Source: the human T2T-CHM13v2.0 reference genome, Homo sapiens. Taken from it: 64,000 bases of DNA. The stretch is from NCBI RefSeq assembly GCF_009914755.1, contig NC_060932.1; one strand, 5' to 3'. The notes beneath the pieces are model-generated. The model was not told the DNA's origin. It saw only the letters and a list, made by a program, of their open reading frames with translations, and ran no database searches. Position 1 is the stretch's first letter. Each line of letters begins with the position of its first letter. Positions 23,376 to 38,365 of the stretch are shown one piece after another. A program made the translations under genes and the position numbers.

Positions 23376-26300
23376 GGGAGGGAGGAGAGCAAAGATGGCC
23401 AACTGGACACAGCCAGGAAGGTTATCTCCCACCGGAAAACCAGACAAAGAAGATCAACACATTCTGAGCAAATCTTTGGAAGGAAGGAATTGAGGGTGGG
23501 TGGAGGGAGGATGTAGACCCTGTGCTGAATGGGGAGGAAGCTGGGGACCCTGCACAGGGCTGTTAAGAACTGGGACTCATCCCTGGCTCCCAGCAGCTCC
23601 TAGGGAAGAGGTGAGTTAAATGTTAGAGGAGTGGCCCACTCTCACTATAAAAACCTCCAGAATTCTAGCTGCAGGAGACCCCATGACCCCCACAGACACT
23701 TGATCTGGCAGAGAGAGCTGCTTGGAGAAGTGGCAGGGACAGGACCCCAGCCTGTGCAGAACCCAGGGGGTTTGGTTCAGGAAGAGCTGCAGTGGAGTAA
23801 AGCCAGGAGCGCTCATACCCCAAGGCTCTTCACACTCCTCTAGGTGGCGTTGGTTTTTGTTGATTGTTGGACCTGGACAAAACAAGCCTGCCTTGCCTGT
23901 GGGACAAGGCCATTCTGATTTGAGCACCCTACTGTCTGACATATTCTTCTGGGGTTCCTCCTTGGCTACATTCATTTGCAGCACAACCTCAGATGCCCAA
24001 CCTGAATGCTTCCCTGTTGCTGCTGCCATAGCTCCTTCATCAGCAGACCCTGCCTAACCATTGGAGAGATTTAGCAAATGGGCTCTTGCCAACATGCATG
24101 TGCTAATAGCCTCCTCCCACCACTTTGTTGGTGCACACTCACCCATAGCCTCCCCCATTATTTTTCTGGTATGTGTGCATGGACCTTGCTGTTGCAGCCT
24201 CACCCCTGCCAGTACATGTACACATGCAGACCCCATAGAGCTACCACCGCTAGAACACACCTGGATGCGTGGACTCCACCATGTCTCCCTGTTGCTGCTG
24301 CCATGCATGCATGCATCGAACCCAACATGCCGCTACCACCACAGGTACATACATGCATGCAGACCCTGCTACACCACTGGCCAGCCACTGCTGGTCTGCA
24401 TGCAGGAGTGCAGACCCTGCTGCCATCACCCTGACAGAGCACTTTTGACAGCACCCCCAAATGGAATATTGTTGCCAGCATATCAGGAATAACTTGGCCT
24501 CTCAAGCACAGCAGGTACTTAACCTTGATGGGCCAAAGAACAAAGCCATGGGCCTGATTTCAGCCCCCCAGGGTTAGAGCATGCAGCCCAGGAGTACTAA
24601 ACCAAGTATGAGCCCTCTAAAATCATCCAGAAACAAAGTCGGTTGACTGAACCCAACTTACAAACATGGTCAAACTCTCAAAGCATCAAAGAATATAAAA
24701 GCAAAAAGCCCCACCCAAAGGACAAAAACTTTAAACAAACATCAACCCACACAGATCAGGAAGAACCAGCACAAGAACTCTGGCAACTCAGAAGCCAGAG
24801 TGTCTTCCTACCTACAAATGACTGTACTGTATCTCTGTCAATGGTTCTTAACCAAGCTGAAACGACTGAAATTACATACTTAGAATTCAGAATCTGGATG
24901 GCAATAAAGATCATCAAGATTTAGGAGAAAGTTGAAACCCAATCTAAGGAATCTAAAGAATCCAATTAAACAATGAGGAGGTGAAAGAGGATATAGCCAT
25001 TTAAAGAAAGAATCAAACTGCTATAATAAAGCTGAAAAATTCACTAGAAGAGTTTCATAGTACAATCAGAAGTATTAACAACAGAATAGACAAAACTAAA
25101 GAAATAATTTCAGAGCTCAAAAACTGTTTTGTCAAATCAATTCAGTCAGACAAAAATAAAGAAAAAATGCAAAAGAATGAATAAAACCTCTGAGAAATAT
25201 GGGATTATGTAAAGAGAACGAACCTATCATTGTCATCCCTGAAATGGAGTGAAAGAGAGAGAGCAAGCAACTTGGAAAACATATTTGAGGATATTTTTCA
25301 CAAAATATTTCCAAACTTTACTAGAAAGGTTATCATCCAAATTTAGGAAATTCAGAGAACCCCAGGAAAATGCTATACGAGACAACCATCCCAAGACACA
25401 TAGTCATCAGATTCTCCAAACTCAATGTGAAAGAAAAAATATTGCAAATAGAGACAAGGGACAGGCCACCTACAAAGAACACCCCATTAGGTGAAGAGTA
25501 GATTTCTCAGCAAAACCCTGTGAGCCAGAAGAGATTGAGAGCCTATATTCAGCATTCTTAAAGAAAATAAATTTCAACCAAGAATTAAATATCCATCCAA
25601 ACTAAACTTCATAAGCAAAGAAGAAATAAAATCCTTTTCAGACAAGCAAATGCAGAGAGAATTTGTTCCACCAGACCCTGCTTTACAAGAGGCCCTTAAG
25701 GGAATGCTAAACATGGAAACAAAAGACCATACAGGGCACAAAAGAACACTAAGTACATAGACAGTTGACACTATAGAGAAACTACACAATCAAATCTTCT
25801 TAACAGCCAGCTAACAACACAATAACAGGATCAAATCTGCACATATCAATATTAACTTTGAATGTAAAGGGGAAAAACACCCCACATAAAAGCATGGCAG
25901 GTTGCATGAAGAAGCAAGACCCAACTGTATAATTTCTTCAAGGGATCCATTTCACATTCAGTGACACCCATAGATTCAAAGCAAGAGATGGAGAAAAATC
26001 TACCAAGCAAACTGAAAACACAAAACACAGGGGTTGCTATTCTAATTTCAGATGGAATAAACTATAAACCAACAACAATAAAAATGGACAAAGAGCACTG
26101 CATAGTGATAAAGGGTTCATATCAACAAGAAGATTTAACTATCCTAAACAGATTTTCACTTAACACTGGCACGCCCAGATTCATAAAGCAAGTTCTTGGA
26201 GACCTACAAAGAGATGTAGATAACTGTGCAATAACAGTAGGAGACTTCAACACTCCACTGACAGCATTAGACAAAATATTAAGGCAGAAAACTAACAAAA

Positions 26301-29230
26301 ATATCTGGGACCTAAACTCAGCATTTGACCAAATGGACCTAACATACATCTACAAAACACTCCACCCTAAGAACAGAATATACATTTTTCTCATGTGCAC
26401 ATGGCATGTACTCTAAAATCAACCACATGCTCGACCATAATGCAATTCTCAACAAATTAAAAAAAAAAAACATACGGACCACACTTTTTGGAACACAGTA
26501 CAATAAAGATAGAAGTTCACACCAAGAAGATCTCTAAAAACCATACAATTACATGAAAAGTCAGCAACTTACTCCTGAATGACTTTTGGATAAATGATGA
26601 AATTAAGGCAGAAATCAAGAAATTCTTTTAAACCAATGAAAACAAAGATACAACATACCAGAATCTCATTCAGTAGCAGGTTGTTTAACAAAATCCCACA
26701 TGAGCATCTCAGCAGATACAGAAAAGACTTTCAATAAAATTCAATATCCTGTTATGTAAAGAACCCTTAACAAACTAGGTATTGAAGGAACATACTTCAA
26801 AATAATGAGTCATCTATGACAAACCCACAGTAAACATACTCAACAGGCAAAAGCTGGAAGCATTCCCCTTAAGAACCAGAACAAGACAAGCATGCCCACA
26901 CTCACCACTCCCATTCAACATAGTACTAGAAGACCTCACCAGAGCAATCACGTAAGAGAAAGAAAAGGCATTCAAATAGGAAGAGAAGAGGTCAATCTCT
27001 CTCTCTTCATGGATGATATGATTTTATACCTTGAAAACCCTGTAGTCTCTGCCCAAAGGCTCTTAGATGTAGCAAACAACTTCAGCAAAGTTTCAGGATA
27101 CAAAATCAATGTAAAAAAAATAAGTAGCACTTGTATAAGCTAATAACAACCAAACTGAGGGGCAAATCAAGAACACAATCTCATTCACATTAGCCACAAA
27201 AAAAATATCTAGGAATATAGATAATCAGAGAGGTGAAAGATCTCTATAATGAGAATCACAAAACATTGCTGAAAGAAATCAGGTGACAGAAACAAATGGG
27301 GAAAATATTTTATGCCCATGGTTAGGAAGGAAGGATCAATATTGTTAAAATGGGCCAGCCACAGTGGCTCATGCCTGTAATCTCAGCACTTTGGGAGGCT
27401 GAGGCAGGCAGATGATCTGTTGTCAGGAGTTTGAGACCAGCCTGGCCAACATGGTGAAACCTTGTCTCTACAAAAAAAAAATTAGTCAAGAGTGGTGGCG
27501 TGCACGTGTATTCCCATGTATTCCCAGTTACTGGAAAGGCTGAGGCAGGAGAATCACTTGAACCCAGGAAGCTGAGGTTGCAGTGAGCCGAGATGGCACT
27601 ACTGCACTCCAGCTTGGGTGACAGAACAAGACTCCTTCTCAAAAAGAAAAAAAATTGTTAAAATGACAGTGCATCCCAAAACAATTTACAGATTCAATGC
27701 TATTCCTATCAAACAACCAACAACGTTTTTCACGCAATTAGACAAAACTATTCTAAAATTCATATGGGACCAAAAAAAGAGCCTGAATAGCCAAAGGAAT
27801 TCTGAGCTAAAAGAACAAAGCTGCAATCATCACATTATCCAACTTCTAACTAGACTTTAAGGAGGTAACCAAAACAGCAGGGTACTGGTAGAAAAACAGA
27901 AACATAGACCAAATGGAACAGGTTAGAACCCAGAAATAAAGCTGCACATCTACAACCATCTTATCTTCAACAGCATTAACAATAACAAACAACTGGGAAA
28001 ATAATTTCTATTCAATAAATGTGCTGGGATAACTGGCTAGTCACATGCAAAAGATTGAAGATGAACCCCTTCCTTTCACAATATACAAAAATCAAATCAA
28101 GATGTATTAAAGACTTAAAAGTAAAAGCTAAAACTATAAAAACTCCAAAATAAAACCTAAGAAATATCACTCTGAACATAGGCCGTAGCAAAGATTTTAT
28201 GATGAAGATACCAAAAGCAATTGTAACAAAACCAAAAATTGACAATTGGGACCTAATTAAACTGAAAAGCTTCTGCACAACAAAAGAAACAATCAACAGA
28301 GTAAACAGACAACCTACAGAATGGGAGAAAACATTCACAAAGTATGAATCCAGCAAATGTCTAATATCTAAAATTTACAAGAAAAAAAAGAATCCTATTT
28401 AAAAATGAACAAAGGACATGAACAAGCACATTTCAAGAGAAAACATACATGCAGCCAACAAGCATATGAAAAAATGCTCATCATCAGTAATCATTAGAGA
28501 AATACAAATCATAACCACAATGAGATACCATTCCACACCAGTTAGAATGGCTATTACTAAAAAGAAAAAGTTACAGATACTCACGAGGCTGTGGAGAAAA
28601 GGGAACACTTGTGCACTGCTGATGAGAATGTAAATTAGTTCAGGCACTGTGGAAAGCAGATTGGAAATTTCTCAGAGAACATGGAACTATCATTCGACCC
28701 AGCAACTCCATTATTGGGTATATACCCAAAGGAATAAAAATCATTCCACCATAAAAACACATGCACACATATACTTATCATAGTACTATTCACAGTAGCA
28801 AAGACATAGTATCAATCTAGATGTCCATCAGTGATGGAATGCACAATGAAAATCTGTTACATATGCACCATGGAATACTACACAGCCATAAAGAATACTG
28901 AAATTATGTTCTGTGTAGCAATATGAATGGACTTGGAGGCCATTATTCTAAGCAAAGTAATGCAGAAATAGTAACTCAAATACCACATGTTCTCACTGAT
29001 AAGTGGGAGGTAAACATCGAGTACACATAGACACAAAGAAGGGAACAATAGACACTGGGCCTACTTGAGAATGTAGGGTGGGTGTAGGGTGGGGACCTAT
29101 TGGGTACAATGCTCATTACCTGGGTGACACATTGATCTGTACATTAAACCCCTGTGACATGCAATTTACCTATGTATCAAACCAGCACTTCTATCCCTCC
29201 AAACCTAAAATAAAAATTGGAAATGAATAA
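23376..29230 (+). mobile_element. Near full-length degenerate L1 (L1PA15/16-like): 5'UTR, ORF1, ORF2 with about 1 kb deletion, 3'UTR
   Basis: CAAAGATGGCCAACTGGACACAGCCAGG 5' end; ORF2 endonuclease remnant (GVAILISD...VGDFNTPL, ORF 25961-26416), RT remnant ([13 protein letters not shown]), 3'UTR; multiple stops and frameshifts. Confidence 0.88.
27353..27653 (+). mobile_element. AluS-type element inside the L1
   Basis: GGCCAGCCACAGTGGCTCATG...A tail; flanked by ATTGTTAAAATG duplication. Confidence 0.93.
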
Positions 29231-29249
29231 AGTTAATAAAACCAGAAAC

Positions 29250-32230
29250 CCTAAAACAAGACCTATTTGACGCCTCCAAAGACTCACTTTATCTGTAAGT
29301 ATACACATAGACTGAAAGTAAATGGATGAAAAGTATATATTTAATACAATAAAAACCAAAATAAATTAGTATTGTGGGATCTGGCCAGCAGCCCGCAATG
29401 CAACGAGGCTCTCTCTTTGTTCCCAGGTGGATCGGCAGGTTGAGAAATAATAGACACACACAAGCTAGTGAAAACTGGGTCCAGGGGGGTCACCGCCTTC
29501 TGGTCCTGTGGTGCCCAACAATGCATTCGATATACCAGCATTTATTATTAAGTTTAGTAAGGGTGGGGGTAGGTTAGTGAGGGATTTAGGGTCATTTGAT
29601 TGTGAGGTGAGATGGTCACATGGGGATGAACTAATTCTTTAACATAACATCTGTATGCAGAAGTACAGTATACAGAGATAAGAATTTACAATATAGTGTG
29701 TGCATCAGTAATTTCTAACAGAGCCTTAAACAGAAACACAGTCTTTCCATAACCTGTGATTAGCAAGATATTAATCAGCAGTAACAGTTGCAGCAAAAGC
29801 TGGTTACAAACAATCCATAGAAACACGACGTGAAGCTAGACAACCGGTTAGACCAGAAATTCTCAGAAGGGAGTATGCCTTAACCCTAAAGAGGCCTAGA
29901 AGAGCCGTGGCAAGATGAGGGCATTTATAGCCCTTTCTTATCCATATGGACAGGTGCCCCCCATGTGTCCGTTTATAGACTCCCGCAAGGGTCGCATTCC
30001 ATTCCCAGAGCTATGAACATCTGCTTTTCTGGGATAGGAATCTTGGTGATGTGAAACCTCCCTGACTGCACGTTCATTCATAGGCTCTCTGCAGGGGGAA
30101 GCACATCACGCGCTGTTGGCTCATTCTGGCAGTCCAACTTGGCATTGTCTTTGCACAATCCTGCATACAACTTGGTGTTTACAATAATCAGGAGCATTTC
30201 ATCTTTTATCGAGCAATAGTTTCAGGGGGTCTCCCTACAAATTAGGAGTAGCTATACTTAGATAAAAATATTCTCCAAGGAAAAAAGTATAAAAAAAGAC
30301 CAACAAGGGCATTATATAATGACAAAGTGGTCAATACAAGAAAAGGATAAAACAATCACAAATATCTTTGCACCCAATATTGTAGCACCTAAATAGATAA
30401 AGCAAACATTAATAGATCTAAAGGAAAAGATAGACACATATACAATAATAGGGGATTTCAACACCTCACTTTCAGTATAGGAGGAAACATGCAGGTATAA
30501 AATCAACAAAGAAATACCACGTTTTAACTCTACTCAAGATAAAAGCGACCGAATGGACATTTACAGGAGATCTGATCCAACAACTTCAGAATTCACATGT
30601 TTTTCAACTGCTTATGGAGCATTCTCCAGGATAAGTCATATTCTGTGACACAAAACAAGTCTTAACAAAGTTTTTAAAAATTGAAATTGCATTGAATAGT
30701 TTTTCTAACTATAATGGGATAAAACTAGAAATCAATTATAAGAGAAACATTGGAAACTGTACAAATACATGGAAATTAAAAGCAACATGCTCCACATAAA
30801 AAAACAGTATCATTTCTATATGCCAATAATAACCTATCTGATAAAGAATTCAAGAAAACAATCCCATTTATAATACCTACAAAAATGAAATAACTATTAG
30901 TAAGTTTTTATAAGGAGATTGAAGATCTCCACATGAAAACTATAAAACATGGATGAAAGAAATTGAAATAGACACAGTAAATGGAAAGATATTTAATGTT
31001 CATGAATTGGAATAATTAATATTGTTAAAATGTTCATATTACTTAAAGAGACTTACAGATTCAATGCAATTTCTGTCAAAATTCTAATACCAGTCTTTAC
31101 AGAAATAGAAAAAAGTCAATCCTAAAATGTATATGCAACAAGAGAACACCCCAAATATCTAAAGCAATCTTGAGCAAAAAGAGGAAAATATACTATAAAG
31201 CTATAGTAACTGAAACAGCATGGTATTGGCATTAAAACAGACACATAGACCAATGAAATAATATAGGGAGCCCAGAAACAGAACTATGCATTTACAGCCA
31301 TCCTTTTTTATTTTTTATTTTTTGACAATGTTGCCAAGAACTCACAACAGAGAAAGGACAGTCTCTTCAATATATGGTGCTGGGAAAACTGAATATTCAC
31401 ACACAAAAGAGTGAAAGTAAATTCCTATCTCTGAACTTATACAAAAAGATCAAAATGTATTAAAGATTTAAGCTTAAAACCCCAGACCATGAAATTATTA
31501 GATGAAAAGCCTAAACGAAACACTATATGACATAGGTCTGAGCAAAGATTTTTTTAGACCGGACCTCAAAAGCACATGCAACAAAAGCAAAAAAAAAAAA
31601 AAACCAAAAAAAAAATCACAAAACAAAACAAAGAAAAAATGTAAAAAAAAACCAACAACCAACCAACCAAACAAAAACACTACAACAAACTAAAAAGCTT
31701 TTGCTTGCAAATGGGCAAGATATTTGAACAGGTAAACATACTTTCTCAAAAGAACACATACAAGTAGCCAACTGTTATATTAAAAATATAATAATTTATA
31801 TATTATATATGTAATATATAATATATATATTATATAACAATTTATATATTAAAATATATATAACATATATTTATATATTGTTATATATAAAAATATAACT
31901 ATATATTAAAAAAGAAATGAAATCCTATCAGCGGCAACAGCATAGATGAACTGATTAACTGGAGGCCTTTATCTTAAATGAGACAAGTCAGACACAGAAA
32001 GATAAACACTGGATGTAGTTACTTATAAATGGGATATAAATACTGTGCACACAGAGATGTAGAGTGTGGAATGATAGACAATAGAGATTTGGATGGGTGA
32101 GGAGGTGAGAGGGGTAGATAGTGAGAGAATATTTAATGGATACAATATACATTATTTGGGTGATGGATACCCTAAAAGCTCTGAGTTCACCACTACACAA
32201 TCTATGCATAGAACAAAATTATGTACATTT
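29250..32230 (+). mobile_element. L1MA-like ORF2/3'UTR, interrupted by the LTR and carrying internal deletions
   Basis: GGGGATTTCAACACCTCAC (GDFNT motif); 3'UTR ending TTCACCACTACACAATCTATGCATAGAAC. Confidence 0.8.
29370..30239 (-). mobile_element. HERV-K-class solo LTR (MER11D/HML-7-like)
   Basis: Minus strand starts TGTAGGGAGACCCCCTGAAACTATTGC; 870 bp; 6-bp TSD AATTAG at 29364-29369 and 30240-30245; family name from memory. Confidence 0.8.
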
Positions 32231-32539
32231 ATATGCCAAAAAGACAAGCTACAGACCTGGAAAATGTGATAATGGACTGATATCTAGACTATATAAATAA
32301 CTCAAAAGCCAACATTTAAAAAATACAATTAAAGAATAGCCAAAACATTAAGAGGCATTTCACTGAAAAGGACATAGACATGGCAAAAACAAAATGAAAC
32401 AAAATAAAAATACATTAAAATATTTACATCATCACTACCCATTAGAAAAATGCAAATTAAGAACATCATCAGATACTATTACATACTTAATAGAGCAGCT
32501 GAGTTTTTTAAATGTGACATGAACACATGCATGACAAAA

Positions 32540-32540
<1 letters not shown>

Positions 32541-32581
<41 letters not shown>
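32541..32581. repeat. (CA)n microsatellite, about 20 units
   Basis: Perfect CA run. Confidence 0.97.
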
Positions 32582-32583
<2 letters not shown>

Positions 32584-32884
32584 TACCCATGTCAATGTCC
32601 TGGTTTTGATAAGTTTATGACCACTGGGGAAAACTGGATGAATGACACATGAGTTCCCTGATCTTTGGCATTTTCTAGTGTTTCAATTTTTTTTTATTTT
32701 TAAGTATAAAATATGGAAAATAAAAATAATCTATTAATATAATAATAATTTTGGAAGTTAATTTTATTGCAGGTAACATCCAATAATATTGTGAATATTA
32801 TTTTAATTTATTTAAATGCTCAGATACTAAAGATATTTATTTTTGTTTTGAGACTAACAAGAATATAAAGTCACAATAGTAATG

Positions 32885-33325
32885 ACATGGAATCAACCTA
32901 AATGCCCATCAGTAATACACTGGATAAAGAAAATATGGTACATATACACCATGGAATACTATGCAGCCATACAAAAGAATGAGATCATGTAATTGCAGGG
33001 ATATGGATGGAGCTGGAAGCTGTTATCCTCATCAAACTAAAGCAGGAACAGAAAACCAAACACTGAATGTTCTTTTATAAGTGGGAGCTAAATGATGAGA
33101 ACACATGGACACATGTGGGGAAACAACACACACTGGGTTCTGTCAGAGGGTGGAGGATGAGAAGAGGAAGAGGATCAGGAAGAAAAGCTAATGGATGCTG
33201 GCCTTAATACTTGGGTGATGGGATGATCTGAGCAGCAAACCACCATGGCACATGTTTACCTATGTAACAGACCTGCATGTCCTGTACATGTACCCCTGAA
33301 CTTAAAATAAAAGTAGGAGATTTTT
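32885..33325 (+). mobile_element. L1PA 3' fragment (older PA subfamily)
   Basis: GACATGGAATCAACCTAAATGCCC...GTACCCCTGAACTTAAAATAAAAG. Confidence 0.85.
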
Positions 33326-34656
33326 AAAAAGTGTATATATACATATATATTTAATTTCCAACTTTTATTTTTAACTACTTCTACTTAAAAGTTATTGACA
33401 AAACTGGTTGTTTTTCTAAAAACAAGTACATCAGCACACAAGGCAAAATTATATTCTCATTGATTAAAAACAGCATAAGTAAAATTATATGTAATATATT
33501 ATGTATATTATATACATAATTTTACATATATAATATACATAATACATATATATAATGGCCTCTAGAAAGATTCCATTGAAAATGTTCACAATTTTAAATG
33601 TGTTAACCATAAAATGCAATTTTGAAAAAATCATAGGCAATGTAATGAAAATATTAAGATGATATTGAAAAATATATTGCTCTAAAATATCAGAAATATA
33701 GCATTAGAAGGAGAGACACCTAAGAAAATAAAGCACATGAGAATCTATCAAGAGCAATTATTTTACTTATGCAATTTTTAATCATTGAGAATTTGTCTTG
33801 TGTGCTGTTATATTTGTTTAGAAAAACATCTAGTTTTGTCAATAACTTGTAAGTAGTTTTAGTTATATCAAAATAATACAATCAAACTTATTAATTTTTC
33901 ATTTCATGTCTTATTTAATGCTATTTACATCATGCTTGTCATATTTTACAGATACGTAACTGAGGTTATAATAAGTTACATAACTTAATAGAAGGCACAG
34001 AGATAAAAGATTTAGAGGAGTCATACACAACACACACTGATGTTTGTAAACCTCTAAGACTTTCTAGTTTTCCAGGTTACCAGTCTGTATATATTTATAT
34101 ATATATTTTTTCGTTTCAGTTGCTTTTTGGTATGAGGGGACAGTTACATGGATGAATTGTATAGTGGTGATGTCTGAGATTTACTCCACCCATCACTTGA
34201 GTAGTGTTCATTGTACCCAATATGTGGCTTTTAATCCCTCACTCCCCCTCTCACCTTCCCCATTTCTGAATCTCCAATTTCCATGATACCACTCTGTATG
34301 TCTTTGCATACCACTTAAAAGTGAGAACATATAGTATCTGTTTTTCCATTCCTGAGTTACTTCACTTAGAATAATGGCCTCCTCCATTCAAGTTGCTGCA
34401 AAAGACATTATTTCATTCTTTTTTATGGCTGAGTAGCATTCCATGGTGTATACATTATCCACTCACTGATTGATGTTCACTTAGGTTGGTTCCATATCTT
34501 TGAAATAATGAATTGTGCTGGAGTAAACATATGTGTGCAGAATTCTTTTTGATATAATAATTTCTTTTTTGGGGGATAATCAACAGTGGGTTTGGTAGAT
34601 CTACTTTTACTTCTTTGAGAAATCCCCATACTGCTTTTCCATAGTAGTTGTACTAA

Positions 34657-35092
<436 letters not shown>

Positions 35093-35836
35093 TCATTATA
35101 GTTTTAATTTGCATTTCCGTGTTGATTAGTGATGTTTAGCATTTTTCATGTTTGTTGGCCATTTGTATATCTTCTTTTGAGAAAGGCCTATTTGTGTAAT
35201 TTGCCTACTTTATGGTGGGATTATTTGTTTTTATCTTGCTGATTTGTTTGAGTTCCTTGTATATTTTGGATATTAGTCCTTTGTCAGATGCATGGTTTAC
35301 AAATATTTTCTCCCCTTCTTTAGGTTGTCTGTTTGTTCTGATGATTACTTCTTTTTCTGTGCAGAAGCTTTTTAGTTTAATGATGTCCCATTTATTTATC
35401 TTTGTTGCATTTGCTTTTGGGGTCTTAGTCATAATTTCTTTGCCTAGGGCAATGTCCAGAAGAGTTTTTCCTAAGCTTTCTTCTAGAATTTTTATGGTTT
35501 CAGGTGTTAAATTTAAGTCTTTGATCCATCTTGAGTTGATTTTTGTATATGGTGAGAGAGATAGGGATGCAGTTTCCTTCTTCCACATGTGGCTATCCAG
35601 TATTCCCAGCGTCATTCATTGAATAGAGGGTCCTTCCCCCAATTTATGTTTTTGTGTGCTTTGCTGAAGATCAGTTGGTGGTATTTGGCTTTATTTCTGG
35701 GTTCTCTAGTATATTCCATTGGTCTATGTATCTACTTTTATACCAGTACAATGCTATTTTGGTTAGTAAAGTTTGTAGTGTGGTTTGAAGTCAGGTCATG
35801 TAGCGTCTCCAGATATGTTATTTTGCTTAAGAATGC

Positions 35837-36228
35837 TGATATGTTTCTGTATCCTCCCAAATCTCATGTGAAATTGTAATCCTCAGTGTTGGAGGTGGGG
35901 CCTCGTGGAAGGTGATTAGATCACGGAGGTGGTTTCTCATGGCTTAACACCATCCTCCTAGTGCTGTTCTCGTGGTAGAGTTCTCAGGAGATCTGGTTGT
36001 TTAAAAGTGTGTAGCACCTCCCCTGCTCTCTCTTTCTCCTGCTCCGTCCATGTAAGACATGCCTGCTTTTCCTTTGCCTTCCACCATGATTGAAAGTTTT
36101 CTGAGGTTTCCCAGAAGCTGTCATGCTTCCTGTACAGCCTGTGGAACCGTAAGCCAATTAAATCTCTTCTTTATAAATCATCCAGTCTCAGGTATTCTTT
36201 TATAGCAGTGCAAGAATGGACTAATAAA
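35837..36228 (+). mobile_element. MSTA-like MaLR solo LTR
   Basis: TGATATG...CAAATCTCATG...GGACTAATA; near-TSD AATGC/ATTGC. Confidence 0.88.
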
Positions 36229-38365
36229 ATTGCTTTGGCTATTCAGGCTCTTCTTTGGTTCCATGTGAATTTTAGGATTACTTTTTTCTAATTCTGTGAA
36301 AACTGATCTTGGTATTTTGATAGGAATTGCTTGAATATGTAGATTGCTTTCGGCAGTATGGTAATTTTCACAATGTTGATTCTTCCATCCATGAGCATGG
36401 GATGAATTTCCAGTTTTTTCTGCTATCTAGGATTTAGTGTTCTGTAGTTTTTCTTGTAAAGAGCTTTCACCTCCTTGGGTAGGTATATTCTTAATTATTT
36501 TATTTTATTTTTGCAGCTGTTGTAACAGGGATTGAGATCTCGATTTGATTCTCAGCTTGGTCATTGTTGGTGTATAGCCATGCTACTAATTTGTGTACAT
36601 TGATTTTGTAACCTGAGACTTTACATAATTCACTGGTCAAATGTAGGAGTCTTCTAGAGGAGCCTTTTAGGGTTTTTTAGGTATATGATTATAACATTGG
36701 TAGACAGAGTTAGCTTGACTTTCTATTTTCCAATTTGGATTTCCTTTATTTATGTCTTTTGCCTGATTGCTGTGGCTAGGACTTCCAGCACTATGTTGAA
36801 TAGAAGTAGTGAAAGTATCCTTCTTTGTCTTTTTCCAGTTCTTGGGGAATGCTTTCAGCTTTTTACCCATTCAGTATGATGCTCTCTGTGGGTTTGTCAT
36901 ATATAGCTTTTATTATTTTCAGGTATGTTCCTTCTGTGCCTAGTTTGTTGAATTTTTTTATTATAAAGAGATGCTGGATTTTATTGCTTTTTTCAGCATC
37001 TGTAGAGATTATTATTTTCAATTTTTTATGTGGTGAATCACATTTATGGATATGCATATAGTGATCCATCCCTCCTGCATCCCTGAGGTGAAACCTTCTG
37101 ATCATGGGTGAATTATCTTTTTGATGTGTTATTGGATTCTATTTGCTAGTATTTTGCTGAGGATTTTTGCGTCTGTGCTCTCAATACTTTGCAATAGTTT
37201 CAGCAGCATTGGTATCAATTGTTGTTTGAATATCTGGTAGAATTTGGTTGTGAATTCCTGTGGCCTTGGGTTTTCTTTGGCAGTTTTTTAAAATTAGTGA
37301 CTCAATCTCACTGATGGATATTGGTCTAGTCAGGATTTCTATTTCATCTTGATTCAAGCTAGTAGGGTTGTGTGTTTCCAGCAATTTATCCATTTCTTCC
37401 AGATTTTCTAGTTTGTGTGCATAGAAGTGTTCATAGTAGTCTTGGATGATCTTTTATATTTCTGTGATGTCAGGTGTAATATTTTCATTTTTATTTCTAA
37501 AACTTCTTTTAATCTTGTCTCTTCTTGGCTAATGGAACTAATGGTCTATTAGTTTTGTTAATCTTTTCAAAGAACCAAGTTTTCATTTCATTGATCATTT
37601 TAATATTTTTGTTTCAATTTCATTTAAACCTGCTCCGATCTTTGTTGTTTCTTTCCTTCTGCTTGCTTTGGGTTTGGTTTGTTCTTATTTCTCTAGTTCG
37701 TTGAGGTTGAGATTTAAATTGTCAATTTGTGGTCTTTCAGTCTTTTTGATGTAGGCATTTGGTGCTATAAACTTTCCTCTCAGCGCTGCATTTGCTGTAT
37801 CCCAGAGGTTTTGATAATTTGTATTACTATTATCATTCATTTTGAAGAATTTTTAAATTTTCATCTTGAGTTTATTGTTAACCCCAAAATCATTCAGGAT
37901 CAGATTGTTTAAAATTCTTGTATTTCTATAGTTTTGAGGGTTCCTTTTGGAGTTGATTTTTAGTTTTACTCCACTGTGTCTGAGAAGATACTTGATATAA
38001 TTTTGATTTTTAAAAAATTTATTGAGACTTATTTTGTGGCCTATCATATTATCTGTCTTGGAGAATGTTCTATGTGTTGATGAGAAGAATATAGTTCTTG
38101 GGTAGAATAGTTTGTAAATATGTGTTAGGTCCATTTGTTCTAGAGTATGGTTTAAGTCCTATGTTTCTTTGTTGACTTTCTGCCTTGAAATCTGTCTAGT
38201 GCTGTCAGGGGAGCGTTGAAGTCATCCACTATTATTGTGTTGCTGTCTATCTCTTTTCATAGGACTAGTAGTCATTGTTTTATGAATGTGGGAGCACCAA
38301 AGTTAGATTATATATATATGCATATATATTTAGGATTATAATATCTTCTTGTTGGATTGATCCTT

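Noticed and set aside
23616-24505. Cluster of overlapping Cys/His-rich ORFs in a GC-richer island with CATGCATG-type repeats
   Set aside because: Lies in the repetitive 5'UTR of the old L1; open frames reflect base composition
23376-29230. Active full-length L1
   Set aside because: Many stops and frameshifts, a ~1-kb ORF2 deletion and an Alu insertion
31502-31693. Lys-rich ORF resembling a nuclear localisation signal
   Set aside because: Translation of an A-rich simple repeat within an L1
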